Assembly: GCF_000372725.1 (NCBI RefSeq)
Contig: NW_005201191.1
Location: 188,426 to 252,425, forward strand
From: Emiliania huxleyi CCMP1516
Taxonomy: Eukaryota
Direction of reading: 5' to 3'
DNA: 64,000 bases
Positions 34,093 to 45,884 of the stretch are shown one piece after another; position 1 is the first letter of the stretch, and each line of letters begins with the position of its first letter. A model generated the notes under the pieces. It did no database searches and was not told the DNA's origin. It saw only the letters and a list, made by a program, of their open reading frames with translations. A program made the position numbers and the translations under genes.

Positions 34093-35100
34093 ATGGTCGA
34101 TTTCAACAACCTTCTGAGCAGGTTCGTGCTTGCGGCTCCTCGAGCGCTCAACGATGAGGTCGCGCAAGGTCAGATGGTCGTGTGTACCCAGATGTCGATT
34201 GCTGGAAGCGCCGCTTCATTCACCGTCAAGATCATGAATGCTGGTACTGGCAGGGATCTGGCAGAGCAGCTGGCGCAGCCGCTGATCAAGGGGCTGCTCG
34301 GCCTGACCGCTTCGGCGGCCGAGCTCGCGGCCGCGACGCAGGCGGAGCAGTCCGTGCATGCTACAAAGACATACACTGCTCGTGAGACTGCCCGATTCTA
34401 CCCGGGTTGGAGGGACTGGAAGACTGCCTTCGAGCAGGCGGCCGCAGCTCCTCGGCCGCGGACCGACCCGCCCAACACGGGCGGTGCCGGACCTGCCGCG
34501 CCAAGGCCGGTCTCGATTCTCGGAGCCCCGTTTGCTCTCGAGATGTTTCGCAAGCTGCCTGCCTCTGGGTCAGTGGCCGCTGGTAACGTCGAGGCGGCCG
34601 AAGTGCTAGGCCTTTGCGACAAGATGCCGGCCCTCGGCGCTTCCATGCTGCCGGAGGCTGTCCGGATTCAGAGCTTCGCAGTGGCGCTGGAGGCGGCAGC
34701 CGGCGAGGCCGCCCACACGTCTCTCCGTGGTGAGGTCTCAGCAAAAGGTCAGCTGACACTCGCCGAAGCGACGGCCTTCCTCGGGCGGTTCGGCCAGGCC
34801 TTCAAAGCGAGCGCGCCGTCTCCTACGGCGCCCACTACCCCCTACGAAGCGCTCGTCCGCCGCGTCGACGCCGGCGGGCAGTTTGCTGAGTTCATGGAGA
34901 AGACCATCCCGTTTATCTGCACCGTGATTTCAGTCGCCCCACCCTCCGCTCCCTTGCGACTCTGTGATTTGTTCGGTTGTTCCACCCTCAGAGGTGTGTC
35001 TTGCAGGCTGTTCTCCCGTCGTCATCCCTCCGCCTTTCATGTGCATGTTTGCTGCCTGCGTTGTGTCGTGTGTGCCTGTTTGTCCCGGGGAGGGGGCTAG
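34093..35100 (+). CDS. Hypothetical protein ORF (335 aa); 3' part probably runs into non-coding sequence
   Basis: ATG-initiated ORF with coding-like composition; no motif recognised. Confidence 0.4.
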   Translation: MVDFNNLLSRFVLAAPRALNDEVAQGQMVVCTQMSIAGSAASFTVKIMNAGTGRDLAEQLAQPLIKGLLGLTASAAELAAATQAEQSVHATKTYTARETARFYPGWRDWKTAFEQAAAAPRPRTDPPNTGGAGPAAPRPVSILGAPFALEMFRKLPASGSVAAGNVEAAEVLGLCDKMPALGASMLPEAVRIQSFAVALEAAAGEAAHTSLRGEVSAKGQLTLAEATAFLGRFGQAFKASAPSPTAPTTPYEALVRRVDAGGQFAEFMEKTIPFICTVISVAPPSAPLRLCDLFGCSTLRGVSCRLFSRRHPSAFHVHVCCLRCVVCACLSRGGG

Positions 35101-35129
35101 GGGGCATCGCCTTCCTCCCCCACGCCACG

Positions 35130-35467
35130 CATGTCATGCCGCGCATGCCCGGCTCGCGGAGCGTGCCGGGGTCATCTTACATGTAATTGAGGGGATTCGG
35201 AAGGACCTTCCGCCTGACCATATTGCCTTTGAGAGTGCGGAGGAGAAGGCGGTCTACGTATTCGTGCGCGAGTGTTTGCACACCAAGCGCGTGGGCGAAT
35301 TCACCTATGCCTCTTGCCTAGAGGCTGTTGGTAGCGAGAAAGCCCTCGTGGACCTGACCATGGCGGTTGGTCACTACGGGAACGTCTGCGCCCTGCTCAA
35401 CGTGTTTCAGGTCTCCCACCCAATTCTTGGTGGCATGGAGACGCCCTTTCCCACTCAGCGAGAGTGA
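35130..35467 (+). pseudogene. C-terminal fragment or exon of a carboxymuconolactone decarboxylase/AhpD-like protein
   Basis: HARLAERAGV..EKAVYVFVRE..SEKALVDLTMAVGHYGNVCALLNVF. Confidence 0.55.
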
Positions 35468-35830
35468 GAATGGCGCGTGCTCCGTCCAGCGAGAGTTTTG
35501 CGAGCGGCGCCCGGCCGCGCCTTGACTGCGCACGTTCGAGTCCCGCGACGGGCCCCGTTCGTTTTTGATCTCTCGGTCTGTGGGGGCGGGCAGCGGGCGT
35601 TTGCTTTTAAAAACAGAAAACAGAAAAAAAAGAGGGGCATCAGGGGCCACTGAGAGTAAAAAATACGCCCGAGGGGACAAGGAGGGGTGAGGGGGCGCGG
35701 GGGGGAGGGCGCACGAAACACGGGTAAACCAAACGGGTCTGTCCCCAGCGGATCTCGGCTGGCTCTCTGCTGGTCACCATTCTCTCTCTGGCGCAAGCTG
35801 CCAAACCCGCCGGCGTCACGGCCTCTGCCA

Positions 35831-36315
35831 ACAGAGAGTCCGCCGCACGAAACCGAGACCCCTCCGATCCCCCCACCCCCTTGCTAAGATAAGGGCCCCT
35901 CGATAGGGCCGGACAGAGGCACACACACACACGCGCGCGCGGTTTTTTCACGTACAGGCGCCTGGCTGGGGACCCGCAAAACCCGCTTCTACGCCAGACA
36001 ACGCCCCGGGCTGGCGGCGCCGTGCCAGCCGCGAAATCTGAGGTCGCCCCGCCCGCCCTGCGCCCCCGCGACGGCCCCGCAGCTGCCGGGCCGGCTGGGG
36101 CGGCGCTCTACGGATCGCTGGTCGTGAGGCAACTGGCAAAGATGGCCCTTCCGGCCCTCCGCTGCACCATCCGCGGCGGCACGCTCGTCACCCCGTCGGG
36201 CACGCGACGCGCCGACCTCGGCATCGGCGACGACGGCAGGATCGCAGCGATCGAGCCGTCGCTGCCTGCCGGGAGGGAGGACATCGACGCGACCGACCTC
36301 TTCTTGCTGCCTGGC
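35831..36315 (+). pseudogene. Duplicated promoter segment plus first 174 bp (36142-36315) of the dihydropyrimidinase gene
   Basis: Near-identical to ~45625-46058; MALPALRCTIRGG..LFLLPG, then diverges to a stop at 36340-36342. Confidence 0.9.
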
Positions 36316-36342
36316 AAATCTGATGTTGGCCAGTTCCAATAG

Positions 36343-37191
36343 GAGCGAGGCCTCTTCCGTTGGGGGACCGAGTACATAGGAAACGAGGGTTTCGCCTGGG
36401 TCACGGTCGGGCTGCCGCGCGACGGTGTGCTCAAGAGCGGCTGGCTGGCGAAGCGCGGCGAGGTGAACACCGCGTGGAAGAATCGCTACTTTGTCCTGTT
36501 CGCCGCCGACTCGGAGCGCCAGCTCCCAAAGGTGCTGCGCTACTACAAGAGCAAGAGCGCCTTCGACGCAATGCAGAATGCGGGGCACGTGCCCATCGAC
36601 GGATCGGTCGAGGTCTCGATGGGGTCGGCGCTCGACGCGGATCGGCCACACAGCTTCGAGGTGACGGTGCCAAAGAAGCGGAGCTACGTGCTGGCCGCGC
36701 CCTCGGCCACCGAGGCGGGCGAGTGGGTGACTGCGCTCGGAGGCGGCGTGGAAGGCAGCCCGCGATCGGTGTTGTCTGTCGCGTCTGGCCGCATCTCCGA
36801 CGCGCCCGCGAAGCTCGGCGAGACCGAGGCGGAGCTTGAGGAGGTGTTCTCGGGATGGATGCGGAAGCGCGGCCAAGGGAGCAGCCTGCTGGGCGGCAAG
36901 CTCAAGCAGCGCTACTTCGTGCTCTACTCGAACAAGGAGCTGCACTACTTTGACAGCGCCACGCCAAGCGACGCGTCGCGCCGCGGCCAGATCCGGGTCG
37001 ACGCGGCGGTGGAGATGGAGCGGAGCAAGCCTCGCGACAAGAAGGACTTCTCGTTCGTGATGAGGGTACCCGGGCGCGACTGGGTGCTCGACCCGGGATC
37101 CGGCACGGCTTGGGCGGAGTGGGACGCTGCGCTGCGCCCGATGCTGTCCCCTGCTGCGGCAGCCATTGCCGCTGCAGCTGCGTCTGGCTAG
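36343..37191 (+). CDS. Tandem PH-domain protein (5' end unclear)
   Basis: KSGWLAKRG..WKNRYFVL..LRYY..EWVTAL and SGWMRKRG..KQRYFVL..LHYF..WDAAL. Confidence 0.85.
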   Translation, partial: ERGLFRWGTEYIGNEGFAWVTVGLPRDGVLKSGWLAKRGEVNTAWKNRYFVLFAADSERQLPKVLRYYKSKSAFDAMQNAGHVPIDGSVEVSMGSALDADRPHSFEVTVPKKRSYVLAAPSATEAGEWVTALGGGVEGSPRSVLSVASGRISDAPAKLGETEAELEEVFSGWMRKRGQGSSLLGGKLKQRYFVLYSNKELHYFDSATPSDASRRGQIRVDAAVEMERSKPRDKKDFSFVMRVPGRDWVLDPGSGTAWAEWDAALRPMLSPAAAAIAAAAASG

Positions 37192-37240
37192 TGCCAGGGG
37201 GATCGTCGGCAGCTCCCAAGGTGGTCGTCGTCGGTGTGTG

Positions 37241-37376
37241 CACCGCTCACCCACGCGCACTGGGCCTTGCACTTTGAATGCCGTGGGGCTCCTGTCGTTA
37301 GACGTGGAGACGCGAGGGTCGCCCTCCCTTGCCCCACCACCTCGTGTGTGTGGCGAAGTATACCTTACCTTACCTT
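37241..37376 (+). mobile_element. SINE-like/LINE 3'-end element with (ACCTT)n tail, copy 1
   Basis: Homologous to 43405-43555 and 55335-55421; ends in ACCTT repeats. Confidence 0.8.
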
Positions 37377-37698
37377 GTACCCTGTGTGCTCTCTCTCGTC
37401 TCTGCGACAGAGCTCGCGCGAGCCGAGACCCAATAGCCTCTCAGAGCAGAGACTCGACCCGATAGAGCCTCTCAGAGCAGAGAGAAGCACAGAGGGGCCG
37501 TGGCTTAAGCACGTGTTAGTTTCTCCGTCCCAACATATGTTACAAACTGAACACAAAACGAGATAATCTACAGACAGGTGACAGCACGTGCTGAGAAGCG
37601 CGGTGCGCGCGCCGCTGCCAGTGAGTATTGCTTCAGCCTTCACAGTATGCATTCAACAGGCCAACGGACACGCGGGGCCTCCACTTCTCTCCGCCGCG

Positions 37699-38631
37699 TT
37701 AGGCCACATCGATGATGGACAGCGGCGACGAGGACCGCGACTCGAAGGATGAGCGGCGGGGCACCTCCAGAGCGGGCGCCGCCAGCGAGCCCACTGGCAG
37801 GGCGCGTCGCCGACCCGAACTCGCCCACTCGAGGGTCGACTCGCCTCCGTGGGAGATGCGGACCACCTTGACTTGCGGCGCGTCGGCCGAGATGTCCCCA
37901 GAAGGCCGCTTCCTCGGCGAGCCGGCACCGCCTCCGCCCGGGCTGCTCGGCGTTTCGAGGCAGACATGCCCCTTTTTGAACACACCGCACTTGCGGCAGC
38001 GGTAGCCGCCGACGGTGACGCCAGCGCTCTGCGCCGCCTGGCGCGCCCTCTCCGCTCCCTTGAGCCGGTGGTAGCGGTTTCGGATCGCATTCTCCGAGCG
38101 GCCGGGCACGTCCTTTGCTACCGCAGCCCAGCGGGTGCCGTGCCGTGCGACGCCCTCCATGATGAGTTGATCTTCGGCGGGCCTCCACTGCTGAAGCTCA
38201 CGGCCCTTCCTGCCCGAAGGCGAGGTTTCCGAAGGCGAGGAGGCCTGGGAGCTGCTGGCGGCTTCCACCGTGGCAGTGAACGCCGGCTTCGAGTTGGCGC
38301 GGCGGTGCTCCTCCGCGAGGATGGCCTCGACGGCAGGCCAAAGCTGCAGCTCATCGACGCTCAGAGCGGGGAGGTCATCGAGCGGAGGGAGCTCGTCCGC
38401 CAGCGGCTCAAGTGAAGGAGAAGCCTCGAGCAGGTCGGTGGTCACCTCGCCGTGCGCTTGGAGGTTGGCGTCGACAAGAAGCGCCTCGAGTCCCAGATCA
38501 ACGAGACTCGTGTAGAGCGGAGAGTCGGCTGACGGCGCAGAGACGACGACCGGCGAGTCGCATTGGGTCTCGGGCGTGCTGATGCCGGCGATGCGAGCCA
38601 GGCGGGCGAGGTTGTTGAGAGAGAGGGACAT
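37699..38631 (-). CDS. Myb/SANT-domain transcription factor with CxxCxxxxKGHxC knuckle
   Basis: WRPAEDQLIMEGVARHGTRWAAVAKDVPGRSENAIRNRY and YRCRKCGVFKKGHVC. Confidence 0.85.
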   Translation of the reverse strand: MSLSLNNLARLARIAGISTPETQCDSPVVVSAPSADSPLYTSLVDLGLEALLVDANLQAHGEVTTDLLEASPSLEPLADELPPLDDLPALSVDELQLWPAVEAILAEEHRRANSKPAFTATVEAASSSQASSPSETSPSGRKGRELQQWRPAEDQLIMEGVARHGTRWAAVAKDVPGRSENAIRNRYHRLKGAERARQAAQSAGVTVGGYRCRKCGVFKKGHVCLETPSSPGGGGAGSPRKRPSGDISADAPQVKVVRISHGGESTLEWASSGRRRALPVGSLAAPALEVPRRSSFESRSSSPLSIIDVA

Positions 38632-39530
38632 CGCTCCTTGCAATGGTGTTCGGACGAATTTAGGCGGCAGGACACCGAGATTGTCCGCCGGGCTACAAGT
38701 CGACTGGCCACCCTGCGCGCAGCGATGGTCGCTGACACAGTTCGACCTCGTGGTCGGCGTGCACGTCGTCGGTTCCTCCCGTGAGAGAGAGGCGCGCCCC
38801 GCCGACGCTGTTGGTGTGGGCGCCGCCGTCCAGGTCGCGCGTAGCTCCGGCGTGACGCTCGACGACGTGAGGCGCGCGCTACGGCGCTGCCGCGAAAGAG
38901 GGAAGCAGCGCGGGCTGATGGCGAGGTGGATCACGGCGGCGCCTCCCGCCAGTGGCACGACCAAACGGCCGAGGCCGCCTTCACCTCAAGACGAGCCCAG
39001 CAAATCTGCTCGGCCACACGGGCCGGTGCCCAGGAGCAGTACGCTACCGAAGGGAGGTGTGTAGGTCGTATACGTGGAGAGCTAGAGACGCTGGGAGTGT
39101 GCATTAATCCTCGCCGGCGACGTTGTTACATTGTTGTTTGCCCGTACCATGGTGAACCTAGGGGAGAGAGATTTTTAGCAATACCAAACAACTCTAACAC
39201 TCACGTTGTTTTGAACCTATCCCAGTGCTCAGTGCTCAGTCGTTCCTCTCCGCCTCGCCCTTTTCCGATCATTGCGAATTGGGCCAAATTCCAAATACCA
39301 TTTGCAGCGCTCTCCTCCCGGTCCCGCGTAGGTGAGACACCGGCGCTCACACACAACGTCTCACACAGCCATCCATGGTCGTGACCCAGCCAGACCTGCC
39401 CAGGCCTGCCGCCGATTGGTTGGCGGGTCGGCGACGGCTCGAAGCTTCCAGCGCGGGGAGAAAATTCTTTAGAATCGAGCCTGCAAAAAGAAACCCGTCG
39501 GCACCGGCCCCGGCAAAGTGATGATTTCCG

Positions 39531-42500
39531 ATGCAGCAGGCCATCACAACGGCAGAGCAGCTCTGTGCGCTTGCGGAGCGGAGTGCGCGAGCGAAGCAGC
39601 TCGACACGGCGCGCTTGCTCTTCGGTAAGGCGCTGGACATGGCACCAGCTGATGAACAGTTGCTCCGAGCGTCCATCCGGCTAGGACGCGCAGGGTTGTG
39701 CCTAATGGCCGACCTGGCGGAGGATGCGCTCGAGGATGCGTCCGCTGCGTGGGCCGCAGTGCAGCGCGAAGCTGCTGAGGTGCCTGCCGATCATGCCGAG
39801 GTTCTTGCGCTGCTGGACACGATGTCCAACTCAGCTCTCTCACGGATGGCTCACGCAAAGGCGGCGCTCGGAAGGCGTGCGGCCCTCGCAGACCTCGCCG
39901 CCCTGCCCGCTGCGTTTAAATGCGGCGCTGGCGGCGCCGAGGCGGCTTGGCACCTTGTCATGCAGAGCTTTGACCTAGCTGACGGCGGCAAAGAGGCGTC
40001 GCAGGACGTGGAGGACGTGGACGTGGACATGGTGGCCGTCACACGGTGTGCGCGGCTGTTAAGCGAGGTCGTGGAGGAGAGCTCCGCCCCCGATTTCCAC
40101 GAGAGCAAGGCACTCTCGCTGCTGGACGACGCCCTCGCCGCGTGTCCGTCCCGCCAGCGCGCGGTGCGCTCACTGTTGCTGCTCTCGCGCGCCGCCTCGC
40201 TCCATCGAGAGGAGCGGGACGAGGCGGCCGATGCGGACTTATCGGTTGCGCTGCAGCTGACTGAGGCGCGGTGGGTCGAGGAGTGCTCGCTCAAGCTGCG
40301 CATGGCTTGCAAGCTGCGGGCGGGGGACGTGGCGGCGGCGCGGCGCGACTTGAGTGCCTTGCAGCAGCGGCAGTGGGGGCATGCTTTCCCAAAGCCGGCG
40401 ACTTGGGAGCTTCACGGCGCGCAGCAGCCTCTCATCGAGGCGCTCCTTGGTGCCGGCCGCTGGCTGGCACTCGAGCGCTCAGTCCACCCGATCAACGCCC
40501 AGTTTGCTGAGAGCGAGGCTGCGGCAACGGCGCTCCTCGCAGAGGAGGAGGCGGCGGCGGCGGCGGCAGTGGCAGTAGCAGCGAAGGGCGGTAGCGCCCA
40601 AGGCAGGGGCGGGAGGGGCGGCAAGCGGAACAAGAGGGGACGCGGCGGTGGCGCGGCCGCCGCCGGCGCCGCCGGCAGGAGGATTTGCCGGTTGGGGGCC
40701 ACCGCGTCGCCAGTCGATTGCTCCCCCTCACGAGACGCTCCTTCGGGCGGCGGGGCAGGAGCGGCAGAGAGGGAGGCGGCGGCGGAGAGGGAGGCGGCCG
40801 AGGAGAGGTCGCGTGATGAGCTGAGGGAGCGGCTGGAGCGAGAGGCGCGCTGGGAGGCGGCGCAGGCGGCGCGGGATGCTGCTGCTGCTGAAGAGGCGGC
40901 GGCGGCGGCGGCACTAGAGGCGGGCGACGCTGAGGTTCCATCGGCATTGCTGCACGAAGCCATAGACGCACCGCCTCCGGTGCTGGAGGTTGGCGCCGCC
41001 GAGGTGCGTAGCTCGAGTGCAAATAGATGTCTCCCTCTCTCTCTCTTTCTCTCTCTCTCTTTCTCTCTGACCTGCTAGTTCTGCTTGCTGCAGGTGACGG
41101 CAGCGCTCGAGGCGGCAGGCGCCGAGGAGGTTGGCAAGGGGGGCTTCGGCGTCGTCTATGCGGTGGAGCTGCCCTCCTTCTCCGGCTGGGGCCGCGTCGC
41201 AATCAAGCGCGCGCTGCCGGGCCAGCCCGACGACAGCGTGAGCAACATGATGGACGAGGTTGCGCTGCTGCGCAAGTGCGCCCACCCCAACGTGCTGCCG
41301 CTCCTCGGCTACTGCGCCGAGGAGAAGGCGGTGTGCATGGTGACGCCGCTGATGCGGGGCGGCTCGCTCGACGACCGACTCCTGCTGACGCCCGCCGCGC
41401 GGGCGAGGCTGCGGCGGCTCGGCTTGCAGGGCCGGCTCGAGCTGTCGTGGGCGCAGAGGCAGTCGGCCCTCGATGCGAAATACAGATACAGACCCGTAGG
41501 TTCCAACTAGAGCTGGGGGCGACACGCGCTCGGCTGTACCTCACTGCATCGCAGCCGCATTCACGCGGTTCGGAGCCATCGTCTTCACGCGATGCTCGGA
41601 CGTCACTGCACGACACCGCATTCGCGCCCTCAGCTCCCTGTACGATGGTGGTACTCACAAACCAGGCTGTCGGCTCTCTGTGACGCCGCGCGGGCGCTCG
41701 TGCACCTCCACGGGGCGAGTGGGCGAGAGATCCTCCACCGCGACGTGAAGACGGGCGAGCCTCACAGACCGCCGCGCGTCACTCCCCGCACGCTTCGCTC
41801 GCCGACCCGCCCCCCCTTGCGCGCCAGGCAACATCCTGCTCGACGGCTTAGCGGTGCCGCTGCGCCGTGCCGGCGGCCCGCCGCGCCACCACGTCTACCG
41901 CGCCTTTCTGTCGGACGTCGGTGCACGGGCGGCGGCCGCGTGGACTCGCAGACTCCGCCTCGCCACCTCACTCCCCCCATTCTCTCGCGTGGCAGGGCTC
42001 GCGAGGGCGCGCGGCGCGCGGGAGACGTCTGCTACACACGCGACGACGTACGGCGCTTACTTCTCCAACGGGTTCGTCTGCCCCATCTACCTCGACTCGA
42101 ACCAGCACTCGGCCAAGACGGACGCATACGGAATCGGCATCTCGCTGCTGGTGGCGCTGACCGGCGAGCCGGCCAACGGCTTGCGCACCCGGTGGGAGGA
42201 CACGCTGGCAGACCTGGCCGAGGGCGGCGGCGGCTCGGAGGAGCTGCGGCAGCGTGCGCGGCGCGTCGCGGGCTGGCCAGAGTCTGTGACGGTCGCGCTC
42301 GCGCGTGTGGTGCACGGCTTGAGCGTCGCGCGAAAGTCACACCGGCAGCCGCTGCCCAAGGCGCTGGCGGAGATGGAGGGGCTGCTGCTGGACGGCCACG
42401 GCGACGGTGAGGGAGGCGGCGAGGGCAGCGAGAGTGGCGGCGAGAGCGGCGCCGTCGGCGACGAGGGCCTTGAAGGGGCTCGTCCAAGGAACGGAGGCGA

Positions 42501-42861
42501 CCTGACACGGGTGGTGGGGCGGCTGCACAACCTCGCTGTCAGCGACGGAGGCGATGCTTCGCTCGCCCGGCTGCAAAGGCACGTGAGCGAGGCTTTCGAC
42601 CTCATGATGCTCCGACTCGAGCGCAAGTACGCCGAGGAGGGGCTGCCGCCGCTGCCGGCGGAGCTCTCTGAACGCGACAAGATCAACGCGCTGGCGCCGC
42701 GCAGCCACTGTCCGACCTTGAGGGGCCACGCGCACATGCTGCGCGGCTGGCGCAACGCCGCCGTCCACGAACGTAGCAAGTGGCGGCAGCCACCGAGCGA
42801 CGCAGACGTCTCGCATGTGATTCAAGGGGTGATGTCAGAGCTAGAGAGACTCGGTTGGTGA
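39531..42861 (+). CDS. Multi-exon protein: TPR-like N-terminus, Pelle/IRAK-like kinase, C-terminal HEPN-like domain
   Basis: GKGGFGVVY, VAIK, HPNVLPLLG, ILHRDVKTGNILL, SDVGLAR and KTDAYG. C-terminal DKINAL..HMLRGWRNAAVH. Confidence 0.8.
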
Positions 42862-43404
42862 AAGCGAGACCTCTCTGTCCTCTGTGCCGCGGGCCGCGCA
42901 TCTACGTATCTCTCGTACGTGTATTTTACGATGGCGTTTTATCTTCTATCGCGGTGCTTTTTGTCCTTCAGAGAGAGGGCTGGCTGGTTGCAGGGTCAGG
43001 GCGGGGTGGCTCTCGAGTCTCGTGACCCATGTCCCTAGTGCCTCCCAGTTGGATTCGTTCGACGAGTCGCACACCGTTGGAAAGCTCTTTTAAAAGTCCG
43101 TCGAAGTCTACACGTCGCTTTCGAAGTCTCGGTTTTTTGATTTTGATTTTGGCCATTGCATCGTTTTGCTCGAACGTCCACGCGGGGTCACTATGGAGCC
43201 GAACGAGACGACCCTTGTGGAGCAGCTTGCCCTTCTCAACGATGTAGAGGGCGTCTCCAACGCCATCGACAGCAAATATGACGGCCCCATTTTGAACAAC
43301 ATGACCGTCACGTACTACGTGGCTTCCCTGACGTGTCCCGCTCCAGTGCGAGCGTGACACTGCACTTGGCGCCGAGCGCCCGCGGCTCAGACCTTGGAAC
43401 GAGT

Positions 43405-43555
43405 CACACACACACACCGCTCACCCACGCGCACCGGGCCTTGCACTTTAAATGCCGTGGGGCTCCTGTCGTTAGACGTGGAGACGCGAGGGTTGCCCCC
43501 CCTTGCCCCACCACCTCGTGTGTGTGGAGAAGTTTACCTTACCTTACCTTACCTT
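43405..43555 (+). mobile_element. SINE-like element with (ACCTT)n tail, copy 2; TSD GAACGAGT
   Basis: GAACGAGT at 43397-43404 and 43557-43564. Confidence 0.85.
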
Positions 43556-44093
43556 CGAACGAGTACTGCCGCCTGGCCGCCTCAAGGCTGCCGGGCGGCA
43601 GTACTCGCCTCGCAAGGCGCGCACCGGCTGCTCTGGCTGCTGCGCCGGCGGCCGCTGCGCTGGCCGCTGCTGCACCGGCTGGCGGGCGGCACGGCCGCCG
43701 GCGGCCGCTGCGCCCGCGCCTTCCCTCGCGGGCGCCGTCGCGCCGCGCGCGCCCAACTCTGCTGGCACACGGCACGCGTCGTCACACAGCCGCGGAGAAT
43801 AGGCGGTGCAGCGCGCGAAGCGCGCGCGATCTCGTACTTTTAAGGCTGGATCCGGCCATTCCAAGGGTATACCTTTGAGAATCCCCAGCGTCCCACCCTC
43901 CTAGTCACACTCTCAATATCTCGACTAGCCAACACGAAGTGCTGCGATCGGGAGTGGCCCATTTCTTTTTTATTTTCTTTTTTGGGTCCTGTGGCCCGCC
44001 GGCAGCGCGAGCTGCCGGCCACATTGAGCGGTTCGTCCGCGTCGCGCACTCGTCCCAACCGGGGGCCGCTGACTCGTTCTGCGCGCCAACGGC

Positions 44094-44685
44094 TGGTGAC
44101 GCTGTGTTGCCCTTGAGCTAGTCCTTCCCCGGTCGCCTAGCCTCTGCGCTGTCTGGCGGACGCCTGTATGCCATGCGCGCGGACCACGCTTGCGTGGATT
44201 TGTGGCTGGCAGGCTGACCCGTGTGCGGGGTAACCCGCGCGCGGGGAAGCTTCACGGGTTCGAGTCGTCAAACATTGAGCAGCGGAGGTGTGCCGAGGGG
44301 GACCGGGAGGCGGTAAGTCGTCGTCGCCCGGCGCTGCTTGCAGCACCATGGCGAGGGCGCTAAGAGGTTCCTCTTTTCCGCGCCCCTCCCCGCAAGGCGC
44401 GCGATACACACGGGCACCCTACCAACAGAGTACAGAGAGTCCGCCGCACGAAACCGAGACCCCTCTGATCCCCCCACCCCCTTGCTAATATAAGGGCCCC
44501 TCGATAGGGCCGGACAGAGGCACACACACACACACACACACACAGGCGGTTTTTTCACGTACAGGCGCCTGGCTGGGGACCCCGCAAAACCCGCTTCTAG
44601 CCAGACAACGCCCCGGGCTGGCGGCGCCCGCTGCCAGCCGCGAAATCTGAGGTGCGGCGCTCTACGGATCGCTGGTCGTGAGGCA
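44094..44685 (+). repeat. ~590-bp direct repeat, copy 1
   Basis: Near-identical to 45287-45874; the visible difference is CA-run length. Confidence 0.93.
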
Positions 44686-45286
44686 TTGCCATCTTTGCCC
44701 GAGTGTCCGTGTCCTTCGCGAGTCACCGATGGGGAGCGGGGGGGGGTGCGAGATGCACAGGGGAGGCTGGGGAGGGGGGGGTCCACTCTGAAGACTGCCG
44801 ACCGCGGGGGGGGTTTTGTCCCACAGGGTTTTACCCTCCGCGTGAGGATCGGCGCGGCGAGGGGGTAGGTTCGAATTCGCCGCGCAACATTTCACCCCCA
44901 CAGGACCCCGCCCACCCCCCCTCATGGTCCCACCTAGCACCCCAATGAGCTTTCGCACCCCCTCCTTGCGCAGTGTCCCCCACTATGTGTCGCCGTCTTC
45001 GGGGCACGCTATCCTGTGCAGTCAGGGCAAGTGGGGGCGAGGCGCAGTCCCATCTCTCCTGTGTACGGGTGGGTTCTGTCCCTAGTCTCGGAGGGGGGCT
45101 TGAAGCTAAGAATATTTTATTTTTGCAAACGTCAGCACGGGCACGCAGCGGAAGCATGAGGAAGGAATCTGAGACGCCGTCCTGTATGTTTGAGGCAATC
45201 CGAGCGGACGTTACGGCTATCGGCTTGGTTCCTGGTGGGCGGACACGGACACGCATGCTCTTTTGGTGTGGAACGATTCATGATCA

Positions 45287-45874
45287 TGGTGACGCTGTGT
45301 TGCCCTTGAGCTAGTCCTTCCCCGGTCGCCTAGCCTCTGCGCTGTCTGGCGGACGCCTGTATGCCATGCGCGCGGACCACGCTTGCGTGGATTTGTGGCT
45401 GGCAGGCTGACCCGTGTGCGGGGTAACCCGCGCGCGGGGAAGCTTCACGGGTTCGAGTCGTCAAACATTGAGCAGCGGAGGTGTGCCGAGGGGGACCGGG
45501 AGGCGGTAAGTCGTCGTCGCCCGGCGCTGCTTGCAGCACCATGGCGAGGGCGCTAAGAGGTTCCTCTTTTCCGCGCCCCTCCCCGCAAGGCGCGCGATAC
45601 ACACGGGCACCCTACCAACAGAGTACAGAGAGTCCGCCGCACGAAACCGAGACCCCTCTGATCCCCCCACCCCCTTGCTAATATAAGGGCCCCTCGATAG
45701 GGCCGGACAGAGGCACACACACACACACACACAGGCGGTTTTTTCACGTACAGGCGCCTGGCTGGGGACCCCGCAAAACCCGCTTCTAGCCAGACAACGC
45801 CCCGGGCTGGCGGCGCCCGCTGCCAGCCGCGAAATCTGAGGTGCGGCGCTCTACGGATCGCTGGTCGTGAGGCA
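45287..45874 (+). repeat. ~590-bp direct repeat, copy 2; immediately upstream of the dihydropyrimidinase ATG
   Basis: Near-identical to 44094-44685. Confidence 0.93.
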
Positions 45875-45884
45875 ACTGGCAAAG

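Noticed and set aside
44094..45874. Canonical LTR retrotransposon
   Set aside because: No TSD, primer-binding site, polypurine tract or gag/pol coding sequence
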